Source: Fidelibacterota bacterium (GTDB lineage: Bacteria > Fidelibacterota > UBA8477 > JABMPR01). Taken from it: a stretch of DNA of 64,000 bases. The translations under genes and the position numbers were made by a program. The DNA is taken from the NCBI GenBank assembly GCA_024278595.1, contig JAJRSW010000099.1, positions 5,573 through 69,572 of the forward strand, given 5' to 3'. The notes below the pieces were generated by a model. That model ran no database searches. It was not told the DNA's origin and worked only from the letters and a program-made list of their open reading frames with translations. Shown here piece by piece: positions 1 to 11,490 of this stretch (the stretch's first letter is position 1; each line of letters starts with the position of its first letter).

Positions 1-3000
1 AAATCCAACATCCATATTAGCTTTGCGGAAGAGTTGTTGTAATTGAATGATCTCCTTGGGGTGCATGGCCCGACGAATACGGTAGGTCCCACCTTTACTG
101 TCATGACGGGAGATCATGATCTCTATTTCAGCCAGAGTTGTGGAGCGGGTTGCGATCAATTCAATATCTTCACTGGGTGGCAATTCAGGGAATGCCAGTC
201 GTTTCAGAAAAAATGCATCATATTCGTCCAGGTCTTGCTGACTGATGTATTGACTGATCTCACTTTGGAGACTTAGACCGTCTAAAGCATGGTTTTGCAT
301 GTTTTTTGCCAGCTTTTTCAGATATTCCTTGATGCTTTTATCTGCTTCCGAGAAAACAGTCTGATAAAATAGCTGAACCCGTGCATCCGGATATTCCGGT
401 TCGCAGTCCTGAATGTGATAGTCCTGGAAAAGTCCTTTGAGGAAATGAGCTTTGGCTTTTAAGGTGGCTTCCTGATTCAGGGATATCCAACGATGATAAC
501 GACGACTGGCAAAATAGACCGATTTGGCCTGAAAGCCCTTTTCCTGCACATTGACCAGAAATGATTCCAGGTCTGTTCTGCGAGCAGGGCTAATAGCTGG
601 ATCATCAAGCAGGGCCTCAAAAAATTCTGGGCTATGTTTTTGCCCCAGGGCTTCGCGGATCGCGTAGTAGATGATGTTCGATCTGGCACATAGCTTAAAA
701 TTTGCGAAATCCCCTTCAGTTTTCCTGACGAAGAGCGAGTCCAGATTCTCTAGAAATTCCAACTGGCTGTTTACCGATCGAATGCCTGAGATCGAGACCA
801 GGCGGCCACCAACATAGTAGTCATGAACAGGTACGACGATCTTCCCCGGGCTGGGATCTGTGATCATCTTTTTAAAGCGAGTTCTTTTCCAGAAACTGGT
901 ATAAGTATAGATACCGGTCCATACAAAGTGGGGCCACAGGTATTCCGGTGCCGGCATTTCATCGGAGGAACCAGCCCAGACCGCCTGCTTCAAATATTGT
1001 CTCACGGTGAGACCCGGGATAAACTCTTCCGACCAGAGGTCACCCTCTGGTTGATATGAGCCAAGGGTTTCCACCAATTGGTCCATTTTATTCTCCCTGA
1101 AACAGGCCAGGAGCCAATACAGCTCGGTAGTGAGCTGTTCTGGTTTCAGATTATCATTCAGATTAATGGCGAATTTGTAACTGCGCTCAGTACTTTGTAC
1201 TGTGGCACGATAAACAGTCTTCCCATGGGCGGTCCCTAAAAGTGTGATCCAAATTCCCTGGGGCGGTATATCCTGAAGGGTCAATTGTTTTCCAGCAAAA
1301 AATAGATACATCGACTCGTTTAAAAATGAGCTATTTTTAAAGGCATGAATGATCCTCTGGCGATGATCCCCGCCAACCGGCTTATCAAACATAAGCACAT
1401 CTTCCCAACTAAGGGCTTGGTCCAAATAGAAATCAGAGCTGGCAGCTTCGATCTCACCCATGGCTTGTGAAAAATTTTGATTTATACTGGCATAAACAGA
1501 CAGGAAGTGTGAGGTCAGCTTATTTTTTGAGGGGCGGTTGACTACCACACTGATCAGGGCCGAGCGAATGGTGGCGTAAAATTGCGGGTATTGCTTTGAC
1601 CAGGACAGTAGGATCCCCAAAATATTTCGGAGTAGTATGCTTGGCTCAGACGCCTCAATTTCCTGATTGGACAACCACTTGAGGAAGTCAGTAGCCAGAG
1701 ACACCTTGTGGATATTAATATTTGACCAAGATGGGATCTGCGGGTCTTCCGAGAAGAGCAGTTTCTGCGCCAGGGCATAATTCACAACTCGCTCCAGCTC
1801 ATTGGCCGGATATAGTGCCACTACCTGTTCCACTGCAAATTGTGATTGGGCCAGGTCATCTGAGCGGATCAATCGCAAGAAAGCGTAGCGGATGATATGC
1901 CGCCTGCTATCCCCAGATTTAGCATAGATCCGAGCCAGCAGTCGAAAAGCCGCCTGAGAGGGATGAAGCGTCTGGGAATAGATCAGATGGATAACCGGTT
2001 TCAGGGCTTCAATGGAGTTGTCGGCGTGCTCCAGGGCTTTTTGGATCTGCTCACCATACTGAGTCTGCTCATCTGCAGAAGATTCCAGATCAACCCAGGT
2101 ACCAGGCAACCAGTCAGGTGTCTGGTTCAAGGCCTTGATCCTTAAATTCGGATAATCAAGAAAGATCTCTAACTCGGTATTACCAATACAATAAGCCGGT
2201 TGCCGAATGAATTCGTCAAACTGAAGCACACGGCCTTCGAATTGATAGAAAAATGCACCAATGCGGATCTCACCGTTTCCGGGTTCGATCCTTAGCGAGA
2301 ATTTTTGATCTCGATGTCTGAGAATGTGGCCGGTGACCTCAAGATCGTTTTGGGTCCAGCCCCTTTGGGAGAATACCCAATTAGGAATTTGAACTTCCAG
2401 GTCATCCATAAAAAACGACTTATAGGGTCTTTCGTATAAGGCTTCAACCGTTTCGGCAAAGTGCTTCAGGATAGTACTACGTTTATAGGTCCCCTTTTCC
2501 GTCAACTCACCCTGGTCTTTATTGAAATCTCGATTTACCAAACGGAAATCAACGATCCGTTCGAAGGGTGCCAGGAATGAATTGACCGAGTGGATCACTG
2601 TGGCCACATAATCACGCAGTTCCTGTTCACTGTTCCTGATTTCCAGCAGATCTTCATGCTTGCGATTGATCCTTACCAGAGCAGTATTGTAGGGCCTGTG
2701 ATCACCCACAATAAATAACTGCTGGATACTATCAAAATCGCGAAACATATTCTCGATCTTTTGCGGGGCAATGGTTTGGCCCTTGGCATTTTTATAAATT
2801 TCTTTCTTGCGGTCGATGATCTCGATCTGACCATTCTTCAGGGTCTGAAAAATGTCTCCAGTAGTAAACCAGCCATCGGGCCGATCATCAGGTTCAATGG
2901 GTTTCCAGTAGCTGCTGGAAACGTAGGCCCCACGAATCCACAATTCTCCATCCTCAACGATCTTGATCTCCATGCCGGGGAGGGGCAGTCCCACGGAATT

Positions 3001-4353
3001 CTCGATATACCCATCAGTGGGGGTCATGGTAATGCCGCCAGTAGCTTCTGTCATCCCATATCCACTATGGAGATGCAGATCATGGGTCTGAAAGAAGCGG
3101 AAGATCTCTGGAGGCAGGTATCCAGCGGCAGACAGACCCCAGCGGAGAGCACCACCGGTTACATCGTTAACCACTTCATGGATCTTTTTTGCGTCCTCAT
3201 TAACAATATCAATCCGACCACCGATGGTCTCGTAGATATCCTGCCAACGTTTGGGAATACTGATCAAAACCGTGGGATTGATATCGCGCAGGTCACTGAG
3301 CAGCGACTGAATGCCCTTCCCACTGGAAAAGGTGTATTCTGCCCCCCAGAATATGGATCCCCACATTTCCAGAAATCTACCGAAGGTGTGGAAGAGGGGC
3401 AGGAAACTGAGAAACCGATCTGCTGGACCTAAATTCAAGGCCAGAGATCGGGCAAATCGTTTGGATATGATATTCTCGTAAGTGAACACGATTCCTTTGG
3501 GATGACCAGTTGTCCCGGAAGTATACATGATGCTGGCAACCCTATCCAATGATACAGACAGCCTGATTCCCGCCAGCCAGTTCAGCGAATCCCCGGTGCC
3601 GCCATCTTCCACCAGCCTTTTAAACGGCTTGACCAACGGATTGGTTGAGACCACATTATTGTAGGTAATAATATGTTTTACGCGAGGCAAACCAGGCAAA
3701 ATGTTTTCGATGGTCCGCAAGTGCTGAGAATCTGAAACAAAAATACCCTCGATCTCAGCATGCTGGAGGATGTATTCAATTTGGGCGGGTGGAGCAGCTG
3801 GCTGAATGGGCACATTTACAAAGCCATAACTAAGACAGGCAATATCGGTGCAGGCAACCTCCAGACGGTTTTCGGACAAAATTGCTATTCTGGGATTATT
3901 GTTGCCCATGAGGTCGATTAGACCGGCTGCCAGATGGTCAACTGTATTGCTGATGGCTGACCAGGAACGGGTTTGCCATTCACGACCCTGCTTAAATTTG
4001 AACAGGGATTTTTTCCCCAGCTGTTCAGTACGACGTTGGAAGAGGACACCAGGCGTATAGTCCAATTTCCGGATAAGTTCCATTTCAAGATTAAACCACT
4101 GGTCCTGGATATCATATTTTTTGATGAGAGCAGTAAAGGTTGGATTCCAGCCCTGTTCCAACAGGTGGCGTTGTCTTTCAGGACTCCCTGAAGCGAGAAT
4201 ATGAGCACCAAATATGAGAATAGCTTCACTCCAGTTAGCTGGGTCAACCAGGTCATGCTGGTTCAGGTCATCGAAATATAACTCGATCTCTGATTCGATT
4301 TCCTGTGAACCAGTTTCCAGACTATTTATGAGGGTGCGAAGCAATAAACTCAC
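1..4353 (-). CDS. Large multidomain protein (>1450 aa, 3' end outside window): long-chain acyl-CoA ligase (AMP-binding) domain + kinase-like region + probable start of a GNAT domain
   Basis: Absent from the ORF track because there is no stop in the window. GTG at 4351-4353 follows an AGGA SD. Manual translation of sampled segments, all in one frame, gives IMYTSGTTGHPKG (~3490-3530), YGMTEATGG (~3035-3060), GELTEKGTYKR (~2480-2510), and an open frame at position 1. Confidence 0.85.
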   Translation of the reverse strand, partial: MSLLLRTLINSLETGSQEIESEIELYFDDLNQHDLVDPANWSEAILIFGAHILASGSPERQRHLLEQGWNPTFTALIKKYDIQDQWFNLEMELIRKLDYTPGVLFQRRTEQLGKKSLFKFKQGREWQTRSWSAISNTVDHLAAGLIDLMGNNNPRIAILSENRLEVACTDIACLSYGFVNVPIQPAAPPAQIEYILQHAEIEGIFVSDSQHLRTIENILPGLPRVKHIITYNNVVSTNPLVKPFKRLVEDGGTGDSLNWLAGIRLSVSLDRVASIMYTSGTTGHPKGIVFTYENIISKRFARSLALNLGPADRFLSFLPLFHTFGRFLEMWGSIFWGAEYTFSSGKGIQSLLSDLRDINPTVLISIPKRWQDIYETIGGRIDIVNEDAKKIHEVVNDVTGGALRWGLSAAGYLPPEIFRFFQTHDLHLHSGYGMTEATGGITMTPTDGYIENSVGLPLPGMEIKIVEDGELWIRGAYVSSSYWKPIEPDDRPDGWFTTGDIFQTLKNGQIEIIDRKKEIYKNAKGQTIAPQKIENMFRDFDSIQQLFIVGDHRPYNTALVRINRKHEDLLEIRNSEQELRDYVATVIHSVNSFLAPFERIVDFRLVNRDFNKDQGELTEKGTYKRSTILKHFAETVEALYERPYKSFFMDDLEVQIPNWVFSQRGWTQNDLEVTGHILRHRDQKFSLRIEPGNGEIRIGAFFYQFEGRVLQFDEFIRQPAYCIGNTELEIFLDYPNLRIKALNQTPDWLPGTWVDLESSADEQTQYGEQIQKALEHADNSIEALKPVIHLIYSQTLHPSQAAFRLLARIYAKSGDSRRHIIRYAFLRLIRSDDLAQSQFAVEQVVALYPANELERVVNYALAQKLLFSEDPQIPSWSNINIHKVSLATDFLKWLSNQEIEASEPSILLRNILGILLSWSKQYPQFYATIRSALISVVVNRPSKNKLTSHFLSVYASINQNFSQAMGEIEAASSDFYLDQALSWEDVLMFDKPVGGDHRQRIIHAFKNSSFLNESMYLFFAGKQLTLQDIPPQGIWITLLGTAHGKTVYRATVQSTERSYKFAINLNDNLKPEQLTTELYWLLACFRENKMDQLVETLGSYQPEGDLWSEEFIPGLTVRQYLKQAVWAGSSDEMPAPEYLWPHFVWTGIYTYTSFWKRTRFKKMITDPSPGKIVVPVHDYYVGGRLVSISGIRSVNSQLEFLENLDSLFVRKTEGDFANFKLCARSNIIYYAIREALGQKHSPEFFEALLDDPAISPARRTDLESFLVNVQEKGFQAKSVYFASRRYHRWISLNQEATLKAKAHFLKGLFQDYHIQDCEPEYPDARVQLFYQTVFSEADKSIKEYLKKLAKNMQNHALDGLSLQSEISQYISQQDLDEYDAFFLKRLAFPELPPSEDIELIATRSTTLAEIEIMISRHDSKGGTYRIRRAMHPKEIIQLQQLFRKANMDVGF

Positions 4354-4565
4354 CTGATTATCCTTTTAATTGAGCCAGTAACATAGAAAGGATAGCTTTG
4401 ACATGCAATTTAATTGCTGTTGCCCATTTGCTGAAGAAGCCAAGAGTTTCAGAAAATAGCGATGCGGGTCAAAATAGCCCTTTTTTAGGCCAATAATTGT
4501 GATGTTTTAGGTCCGGATAAGATTATTATGATCTGAATGTTGATTTTCGTCAAATGGTGTAGAAA

Positions 4566-4580
4566 TGGCACAAGATTTGT
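4566..4580 (+). promoter_or_regulatory. Putative sigma-54 (-24/-12)-type promoter upstream of gdhA
   Basis: TGGCAC-AAGAT-TTGT; matches TGGCAC-N5-TTGC except at the last base. Confidence 0.45.
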
Positions 4581-4704
4581 CTCACTAGGAAAGCAATGAA
4601 AAATTTTTCACAAACATCGGATAATTCAGCGACTGGCGTCTCGATCGCATTAATGGACATGCGGCAACAGGAGATCAGTATGGAGGCTGAGATCCAACTT
4701 TTAG

Positions 4705-6054
<1,350 letters not shown>

Positions 6055-6080
6055 TACCAAATTCAAATAAAAGATGTCTT

Positions 6081-6110
6081 AAAAAGCACGGGTCATTCCC
6101 GTGCTTTTTT
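6081..6110. terminator. Intrinsic (bidirectional) terminator after gdhA
   Basis: AAAAAGCACGGG-TCATT-CCCGTGCTTTTTT. Confidence 0.85.
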
Positions 6111-6173
6111 AATTATTACAATAGCTGAGTTGCCCGTAGTCTTACCTGCGCTTTTTATTCACCTGCCCAAAAT

Positions 6174-6201
6174 AAAAAGCGCAGCTAACTCTGCGCTTTT
6201 T
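6174..6201. terminator. Second intrinsic terminator, probably for the convergent minus-strand gene
   Basis: AAAAAGCGCAG-CTAACT-CTGCGCTTTTT. Confidence 0.7.
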
Positions 6202-6282
6202 GTTTAGATCTAACTTTGTATGTATGGGTCAGGCAGGTATTTCGTCACTAACACGCGCTTTGAAGTTCTGGTAAAATTTATC

Positions 6283-8049
6283 TCAACGCTGACCCTGCTT
6301 TTCAATGGCTTCACTTAAAGAGGGCAGGTTCTCGCCTTGAAAAGCGATACCCCTCGCCAGATCCTTACAATACTCAAAACCCCGTTGCATATTCTCATAG
6401 AAAGTATCCAGGGCTTTTTGGGCCCTTATGTTCCCCAGGGCATCATCCACCATGGATTGAAAATAATCCACATAAAGCTGGATCTCTTTGGCAAACATGT
6501 GGGGTCGATCTTTGGAAAGTAATTCTTTACCCCGGCCATAGATCTGGTCCACCATTTCTTCCAGGGAGTAGTAACGGTTGAACCAGGATAGATTGGGTCC
6601 GGGACAAATAGCCTGGGGGGAACGTTCAGCCCGTGCGATACCTAAACTGATCAAGGCTCCGTTGCCGAGGTGTTCACAGAGACAGGCTTTGGCCAGCACC
6701 TTATTGATGGCGGAGTCCTGCTCTGCACCAGAGTCGCAGGCAGTATTGATCTCTTTAAGCTTGTGTGTCATGTATTCTGTCGAGGCGGTACAGATGGGTA
6801 ATTCAGTGAACTCAGTATTTGAAACCAGGAAACCCTTAGGACAGGGTGAGCCTGGTTTACCCTTGATATAGCGTGAGATACCCCATTTTTCTGATCCGGA
6901 ATCTTTAAGATTATTAAAGGGGACGCCCAGGGGAGAGGCACCACTCAAATAAAGCGAGTCGTCTGTTGAATTCATGAGCTGCATCCGGGTCGGAGTGTCA
7001 ATGGGAGTGGCTTCCGGTACCAGCAGAAAGGGGCTGGCCCAACCTGTGCGGTCAATGCCATAGCCTTTTTCCAGGCGTTGCACCTCGCCGTGATTCCCAA
7101 TGCCACCCTGGACCGTAATTTCAGGATGGTGCTCCAGATCTGCCGGGTAATCCCAACCCATTTTATCATAAAAACGCTTGATTATCGGTTGAAACTGGGT
7201 GCCCAGCTCTGTGCGCTTTTCCTTAAAGTCGTTGAGGAGAATGGGCAAGAGGTGTCCTGGTGAGGCAAAGGCGTGCCCCCCGCAGTTCAAGCCGGATTCG
7301 ATCCTGAATTCGGATATTTCCAGACCTTTCTTTGCCATATACCGTCCCTGGATCATGGCGGAACGAAAATCACTTACCTTCAGGATGATCTTTTTCTGGA
7401 TCACACCTTCATGGTCGCGATAAAAGTCTTTATATTTGGTCATGTAGCCGTAGAGACTTTGATTGATACCTGCTGAAAAGACCATGGCAGAATCAAGTTT
7501 GCTCTTGGCAAATCCCCGTAGAGCAGCCTTGGCATCTGAAAATTCCTCACCCAGGGGTTTGCCATGTTTATCAGTATCTATCCGGTCTACTTTAACCATG
7601 ATATTGACATCAATGCCGCCAGGACTCATTTTTTGACTCAGCTCACTGGCGATCTTTTTACGGTTTCCCCCTGGTTTGCTAGCCATCAAATCGTGATAAG
7701 CCTGCTTTAGACTGCTGGTGTCGGGGAGTAATTCAAAATAGCGTGATTTATCATTCTTTTCAAAAAATGGTAAGGCTCGAACCTGTTCCATTTTCAGCTC
7801 AACAATTTCGTGGACCATATTCAGATAGGCAGTGATGCGTTTGGCCCGACCATCATCCTCACGGGGAGATATTCGTTCGAATGGTAGATCGTATTTGGCC
7901 GTGTAGAATTTTCTCAGTCGTTCAAGCAGAATGTCATCAATAATAGAGATGACAGACGTAATGCCCAAATGAGCCAAACGAATGGGGGTGTCTATATAAT
8001 GACCGGTTCCCATGACAGGTATATGAAAATTATGAATGGGTACTGACAC
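6283..8049 (-). CDS. Conserved hypothetical protein; nitronate-monooxygenase/IMPDH-like TIM barrel with a Cys-rich C-terminus
   Basis: 588-aa ORF; HIPVMGTG, FSAG, ESGLNCGGHAF, VQGGIG motifs; CPKG..ICTAS..CLCEHLGN..ICPG. Confidence 0.7.
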   Translation of the reverse strand: MSVPIHNFHIPVMGTGHYIDTPIRLAHLGITSVISIIDDILLERLRKFYTAKYDLPFERISPREDDGRAKRITAYLNMVHEIVELKMEQVRALPFFEKNDKSRYFELLPDTSSLKQAYHDLMASKPGGNRKKIASELSQKMSPGGIDVNIMVKVDRIDTDKHGKPLGEEFSDAKAALRGFAKSKLDSAMVFSAGINQSLYGYMTKYKDFYRDHEGVIQKKIILKVSDFRSAMIQGRYMAKKGLEISEFRIESGLNCGGHAFASPGHLLPILLNDFKEKRTELGTQFQPIIKRFYDKMGWDYPADLEHHPEITVQGGIGNHGEVQRLEKGYGIDRTGWASPFLLVPEATPIDTPTRMQLMNSTDDSLYLSGASPLGVPFNNLKDSGSEKWGISRYIKGKPGSPCPKGFLVSNTEFTELPICTASTEYMTHKLKEINTACDSGAEQDSAINKVLAKACLCEHLGNGALISLGIARAERSPQAICPGPNLSWFNRYYSLEEMVDQIYGRGKELLSKDRPHMFAKEIQLYVDYFQSMVDDALGNIRAQKALDTFYENMQRGFEYCKDLARGIAFQGENLPSLSEAIEKQGQR

Positions 8050-8306
8050 GAAATAAACCTCATGAATTATTCTTGGTTAGGACTTTCAAAACTAGGACTT
8101 ATGGCCTTTCAAGCCATTGGGACATAGTTGGGTTAATACTAAACGAGAATGTCTTGATTTCAATAAAAGAATCAAAACAGTTCATTAACAATAACACTTT
8201 TTGGTAACTAGGCTCAATTAGGCTGAACCGGGGGGACGGTGTAACTATTCAGACTTGTTGTTTCAGGCAAGCATCTAATCTGATTATCAGCAACCCAAGA
8301 TTGAAT

Positions 8307-11288
8307 TTACCCACCATCCTCGCCAGGTGATTCAGAGCACCCGGGATGCCAGATATGACCAGTTCCCTGTAGGCCATCAACCTGAATAATAAAGGGTTGT
8401 TCAAAATGAAAATGCTTCAAATACTTCAGCGCGGTGGCCGGTGTTTGATCTTTGAACCAGGTCAGATTCATATCGGTCTCCAGACGGCGCGGTGGGATGG
8501 TGAAATAGCTGATCCCCAGAGAAGTGATGTTCTGGAAAAAATGACTGCCAAAAGACGGTTCCACATAGAGATCGGGTAGACCCACTTCCACGATGGATCG
8601 TGCATTTGAGATGTAATTCCAACTGACGGGGATACCCAGCATGGGATCGGCAGTTCCCCAACGACCAGGGCCAACCAGCAGGTAAGGGTGGTCGGGGCTG
8701 AATTTGCGATTCAGCTCACGGATCTCCATGGCGATCTGCTGGCTTTTAAGAATATCGAATCTATCCAGGTCGATATAGATCAGATCACAAATTTCAATAT
8801 TGTCGCCGTTCCCCAGACAGATCTCACTACAGAACAGTTCAGCCCCTTTTTGAGCCGACTCCATATTCACCATTTGAGGACGCTCGTAGGTGACCATGGG
8901 TCGGATCTGGAGGATAGACAGCTCGGCGGGTTCGTCTGGTTCCGTGGGTAAATTGACGGCAAATTCCATCTCAACTTCGCAACCCATTCCCAGTTTGCCA
9001 AATTCCATCAGGTCGATGAGGATATTTGCCAGAGGTAGACTCTTCCATTTTAAAATATTAGCAAAAGTAATTATGCGTGGTCCAGCTTCAAACAGACTTT
9101 CACGAAAACGGCCATCTTGAAAGGAGTAGACACTGGCGATCTGATCCAAATTGCCATGCTCCTCGGCTGTTTTTAAGTCTAACTGAGTCAGGTTCGAACT
9201 TTCTCCATGCGTTAAAGGGGCGTTACAATCCGACATACCAAGGGCATAGAAATGGCTCTGACTATTTTTCAAAATGGATTGTTGATCATAGAACTGAGGC
9301 AGAACATCTGGTTTTCGGGGGCTGAACTTCAGGGCTTTTTCCCCGTTTACAACCGTCCGTCCCAAACCCAGACACATGGTCACCATGCCCTCATCGCGTT
9401 GCATGGAACCCTGAGGGTAGTAATTAACGGTTTGGATCACACCTGAAAAATTCGGGTAATAGTGATCACCGTACTTCCGGCCACTCAAATGCTGGATCAC
9501 GATGGCCATTTTTTCGTCTTCGGGGCGATTGCCTGTGGAATTGAGGTAGGCAATGGCCTCCCGATGAAATCCAGAAGCATAGACCAGTTTCAAAGCCTCC
9601 AGCAATTGAAAGATCCGCGTATCCAGGGCTGGTGCACAATTGGGTAGCATATATGTGGAATATATTCCGGCAAATGGCTGAAAAAGGGAATCCTCTAACA
9701 GACTGGAGGATCGAACAGCCAGTGGTCCGGCATGATTCCCCAGGTAGGCGTGCAGTTGTTCTGTGAAATTGCCCGGGAATACAGCTTTCCGGAAAAGATC
9801 GTCGATCTCTTCATTGGATTCCGCAGCAAGCGCTTTGAGTCGCAGATTATTAATATCCAGGAAACGGTCATACACATCGGTAGCAATGACTGCGAATTGT
9901 GGCACATCCACCTTGATCTCGGTGGTCTCCCGACTGAAATCAAAGCGCCGCAGATGGGCACTCAAGAAGGCCAATCCACGGGCTTTACCACCAATGGAAC
10001 CGCCGCCGATCCGGACTGCTTTCATGGACGGATCATAAGTATCAATATTGAAATAACTGACCTTATCAAACTGGTTCGCTGAACGATATGATTCTATGGC
10101 GGCCAACAGAATCTCGCGGAATTCTTCTGGATCCTCAAAGTCCTCGATATTGATGGGTTTTAAATAATCAGCCAGGTCGAAATGACCACGGACTGCCAGC
10201 CAGTTCGAAAAATGATCTCGACGAGCATGGTAGCTAATGCTTTGCATGGGAACTGAGGAGAGGGCAGCAGTAAGTGCATTCAAATGTCTTACTTTGGCAA
10301 TGGTCTTACCTGCCTGAGTGCTAAAATCAAGATCCCCGAAACCACAATGACGAACGACAAAATTCTGTAGGCTTTGAACCAAGTGGGGCGAGTTCTTATC
10401 CAGGAAGTAAGCACCGAGTTCCATGGCGGTAACTTCATTCTCACCATCCATGGATTGCATCAGCACCGGCATGCTCGGGTTCTTTTTTTGAACAATCCGG
10501 ATAAATTTTGCCCCGGCTTTTGGATCCAGAACATTATTTCTGGGATACCTCACATCAGTGATGACCGCCAGCATGTGATTTTTGTACTGCCGGTATAATT
10601 CCACAGCTTCCTCAAATGTAGTCGCCAACAGGATCTTGGGTCGCGAGCGCATTCGAAATAACCGTAATTCATCGTTGTACTCATTCTTCATCAGCTTGTG
10701 GGTCGTATTGATGATCACATTGTAAAGCATGGGTAGGAAAATGGAATAGAATTTGGGAGAATCTTCAACAACGATGATTGCTCGGACGCCCCCCTTAAGA
10801 ATATCCCGGGGAGCGTTCATCCCGTCTTCTATATATTTGACAATGGCGGTGAAGATATTGGAATCCCCATGCCAGATGAAGGCTCTGTCGATGCCTTCCA
10901 GATTGTCAACCCTTTGTGTCGCCCATTTATACTCGCGACGATTTGAGGCCAGGAGGATCACAGGTATGGATGCGTGTTTCCGTTTGATCTTACGCCCGAG
11001 TTGAAAGGGATCCATATCTGAGATGCGGGTCATGGTTATGACCAGATCATAGTGACGGGCCCGGAGTTTTCTAAGTGCATGATCTCCCGTAGAAACTCTG
11101 GTGATCCGGGGTGCACTAGTGAGGTTCATGTCCTGGTATTCAGTGAAGATCATTTCACCGAGGCGACCGTCCTCTTCCAATTTGAAGGCATCATACAGGC
11201 TGGAGATCAGGAGGATCTCGTGGATCCGATTCTGCATCATGTCTCTAAAACCTGGGCGTTGCTTGAGCGGCAGTACGTTTTTAAACAT
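8307..11288 (-). CDS. Receiver-domain / PEP-pyruvate-binding (PPDK_N, ATP-grasp) protein
   Basis: Two receiver-like segments (EILLISS, IIVVEDS..VITDV); GGKARGL, LAVRSSSLLED, FAGIYST, VEMEFA, LQIRP; C-terminal GPGRWG and SFGSHFF. Confidence 0.85.
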   Translation of the reverse strand: MFKNVLPLKQRPGFRDMMQNRIHEILLISSLYDAFKLEEDGRLGEMIFTEYQDMNLTSAPRITRVSTGDHALRKLRARHYDLVITMTRISDMDPFQLGRKIKRKHASIPVILLASNRREYKWATQRVDNLEGIDRAFIWHGDSNIFTAIVKYIEDGMNAPRDILKGGVRAIIVVEDSPKFYSIFLPMLYNVIINTTHKLMKNEYNDELRLFRMRSRPKILLATTFEEAVELYRQYKNHMLAVITDVRYPRNNVLDPKAGAKFIRIVQKKNPSMPVLMQSMDGENEVTAMELGAYFLDKNSPHLVQSLQNFVVRHCGFGDLDFSTQAGKTIAKVRHLNALTAALSSVPMQSISYHARRDHFSNWLAVRGHFDLADYLKPINIEDFEDPEEFREILLAAIESYRSANQFDKVSYFNIDTYDPSMKAVRIGGGSIGGKARGLAFLSAHLRRFDFSRETTEIKVDVPQFAVIATDVYDRFLDINNLRLKALAAESNEEIDDLFRKAVFPGNFTEQLHAYLGNHAGPLAVRSSSLLEDSLFQPFAGIYSTYMLPNCAPALDTRIFQLLEALKLVYASGFHREAIAYLNSTGNRPEDEKMAIVIQHLSGRKYGDHYYPNFSGVIQTVNYYPQGSMQRDEGMVTMCLGLGRTVVNGEKALKFSPRKPDVLPQFYDQQSILKNSQSHFYALGMSDCNAPLTHGESSNLTQLDLKTAEEHGNLDQIASVYSFQDGRFRESLFEAGPRIITFANILKWKSLPLANILIDLMEFGKLGMGCEVEMEFAVNLPTEPDEPAELSILQIRPMVTYERPQMVNMESAQKGAELFCSEICLGNGDNIEICDLIYIDLDRFDILKSQQIAMEIRELNRKFSPDHPYLLVGPGRWGTADPMLGIPVSWNYISNARSIVEVGLPDLYVEPSFGSHFFQNITSLGISYFTIPPRRLETDMNLTWFKDQTPATALKYLKHFHFEQPFIIQVDGLQGTGHIWHPGCSESPGEDGG

Positions 11289-11428
11289 GGGAGAACTTAA
11301 TTAATAATCAATAATTAATAATTAATAAATAGGAGTATTAAGGTCTCAGGGATGACCAATCCTGAACATTGGAAATAGTTCATAAGTGAATATATTGAAT
11401 AAGGACTGATCTACTTATACATGTATCT

Positions 11429-11443
11429 TGGCATGTTGTTTGT
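11429..11443 (+). promoter_or_regulatory. Putative sigma-54 (-24/-12)-type promoter upstream of ald
   Basis: TGGCAT-GTTGT-TTGT; same variant as the site upstream of gdhA. Confidence 0.45.
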
Positions 11444-11490
11444 TTAAAGTAAATCGTGATTAAGAAAGTCATAAAAGTTGGGAGCCAAGG

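Noticed and set aside
2761..3432. 223-aa plus-strand ORF and other short ORFs in 1-4300
   Set aside because: Antisense or off-frame shadows of the long minus-strand ligase gene.
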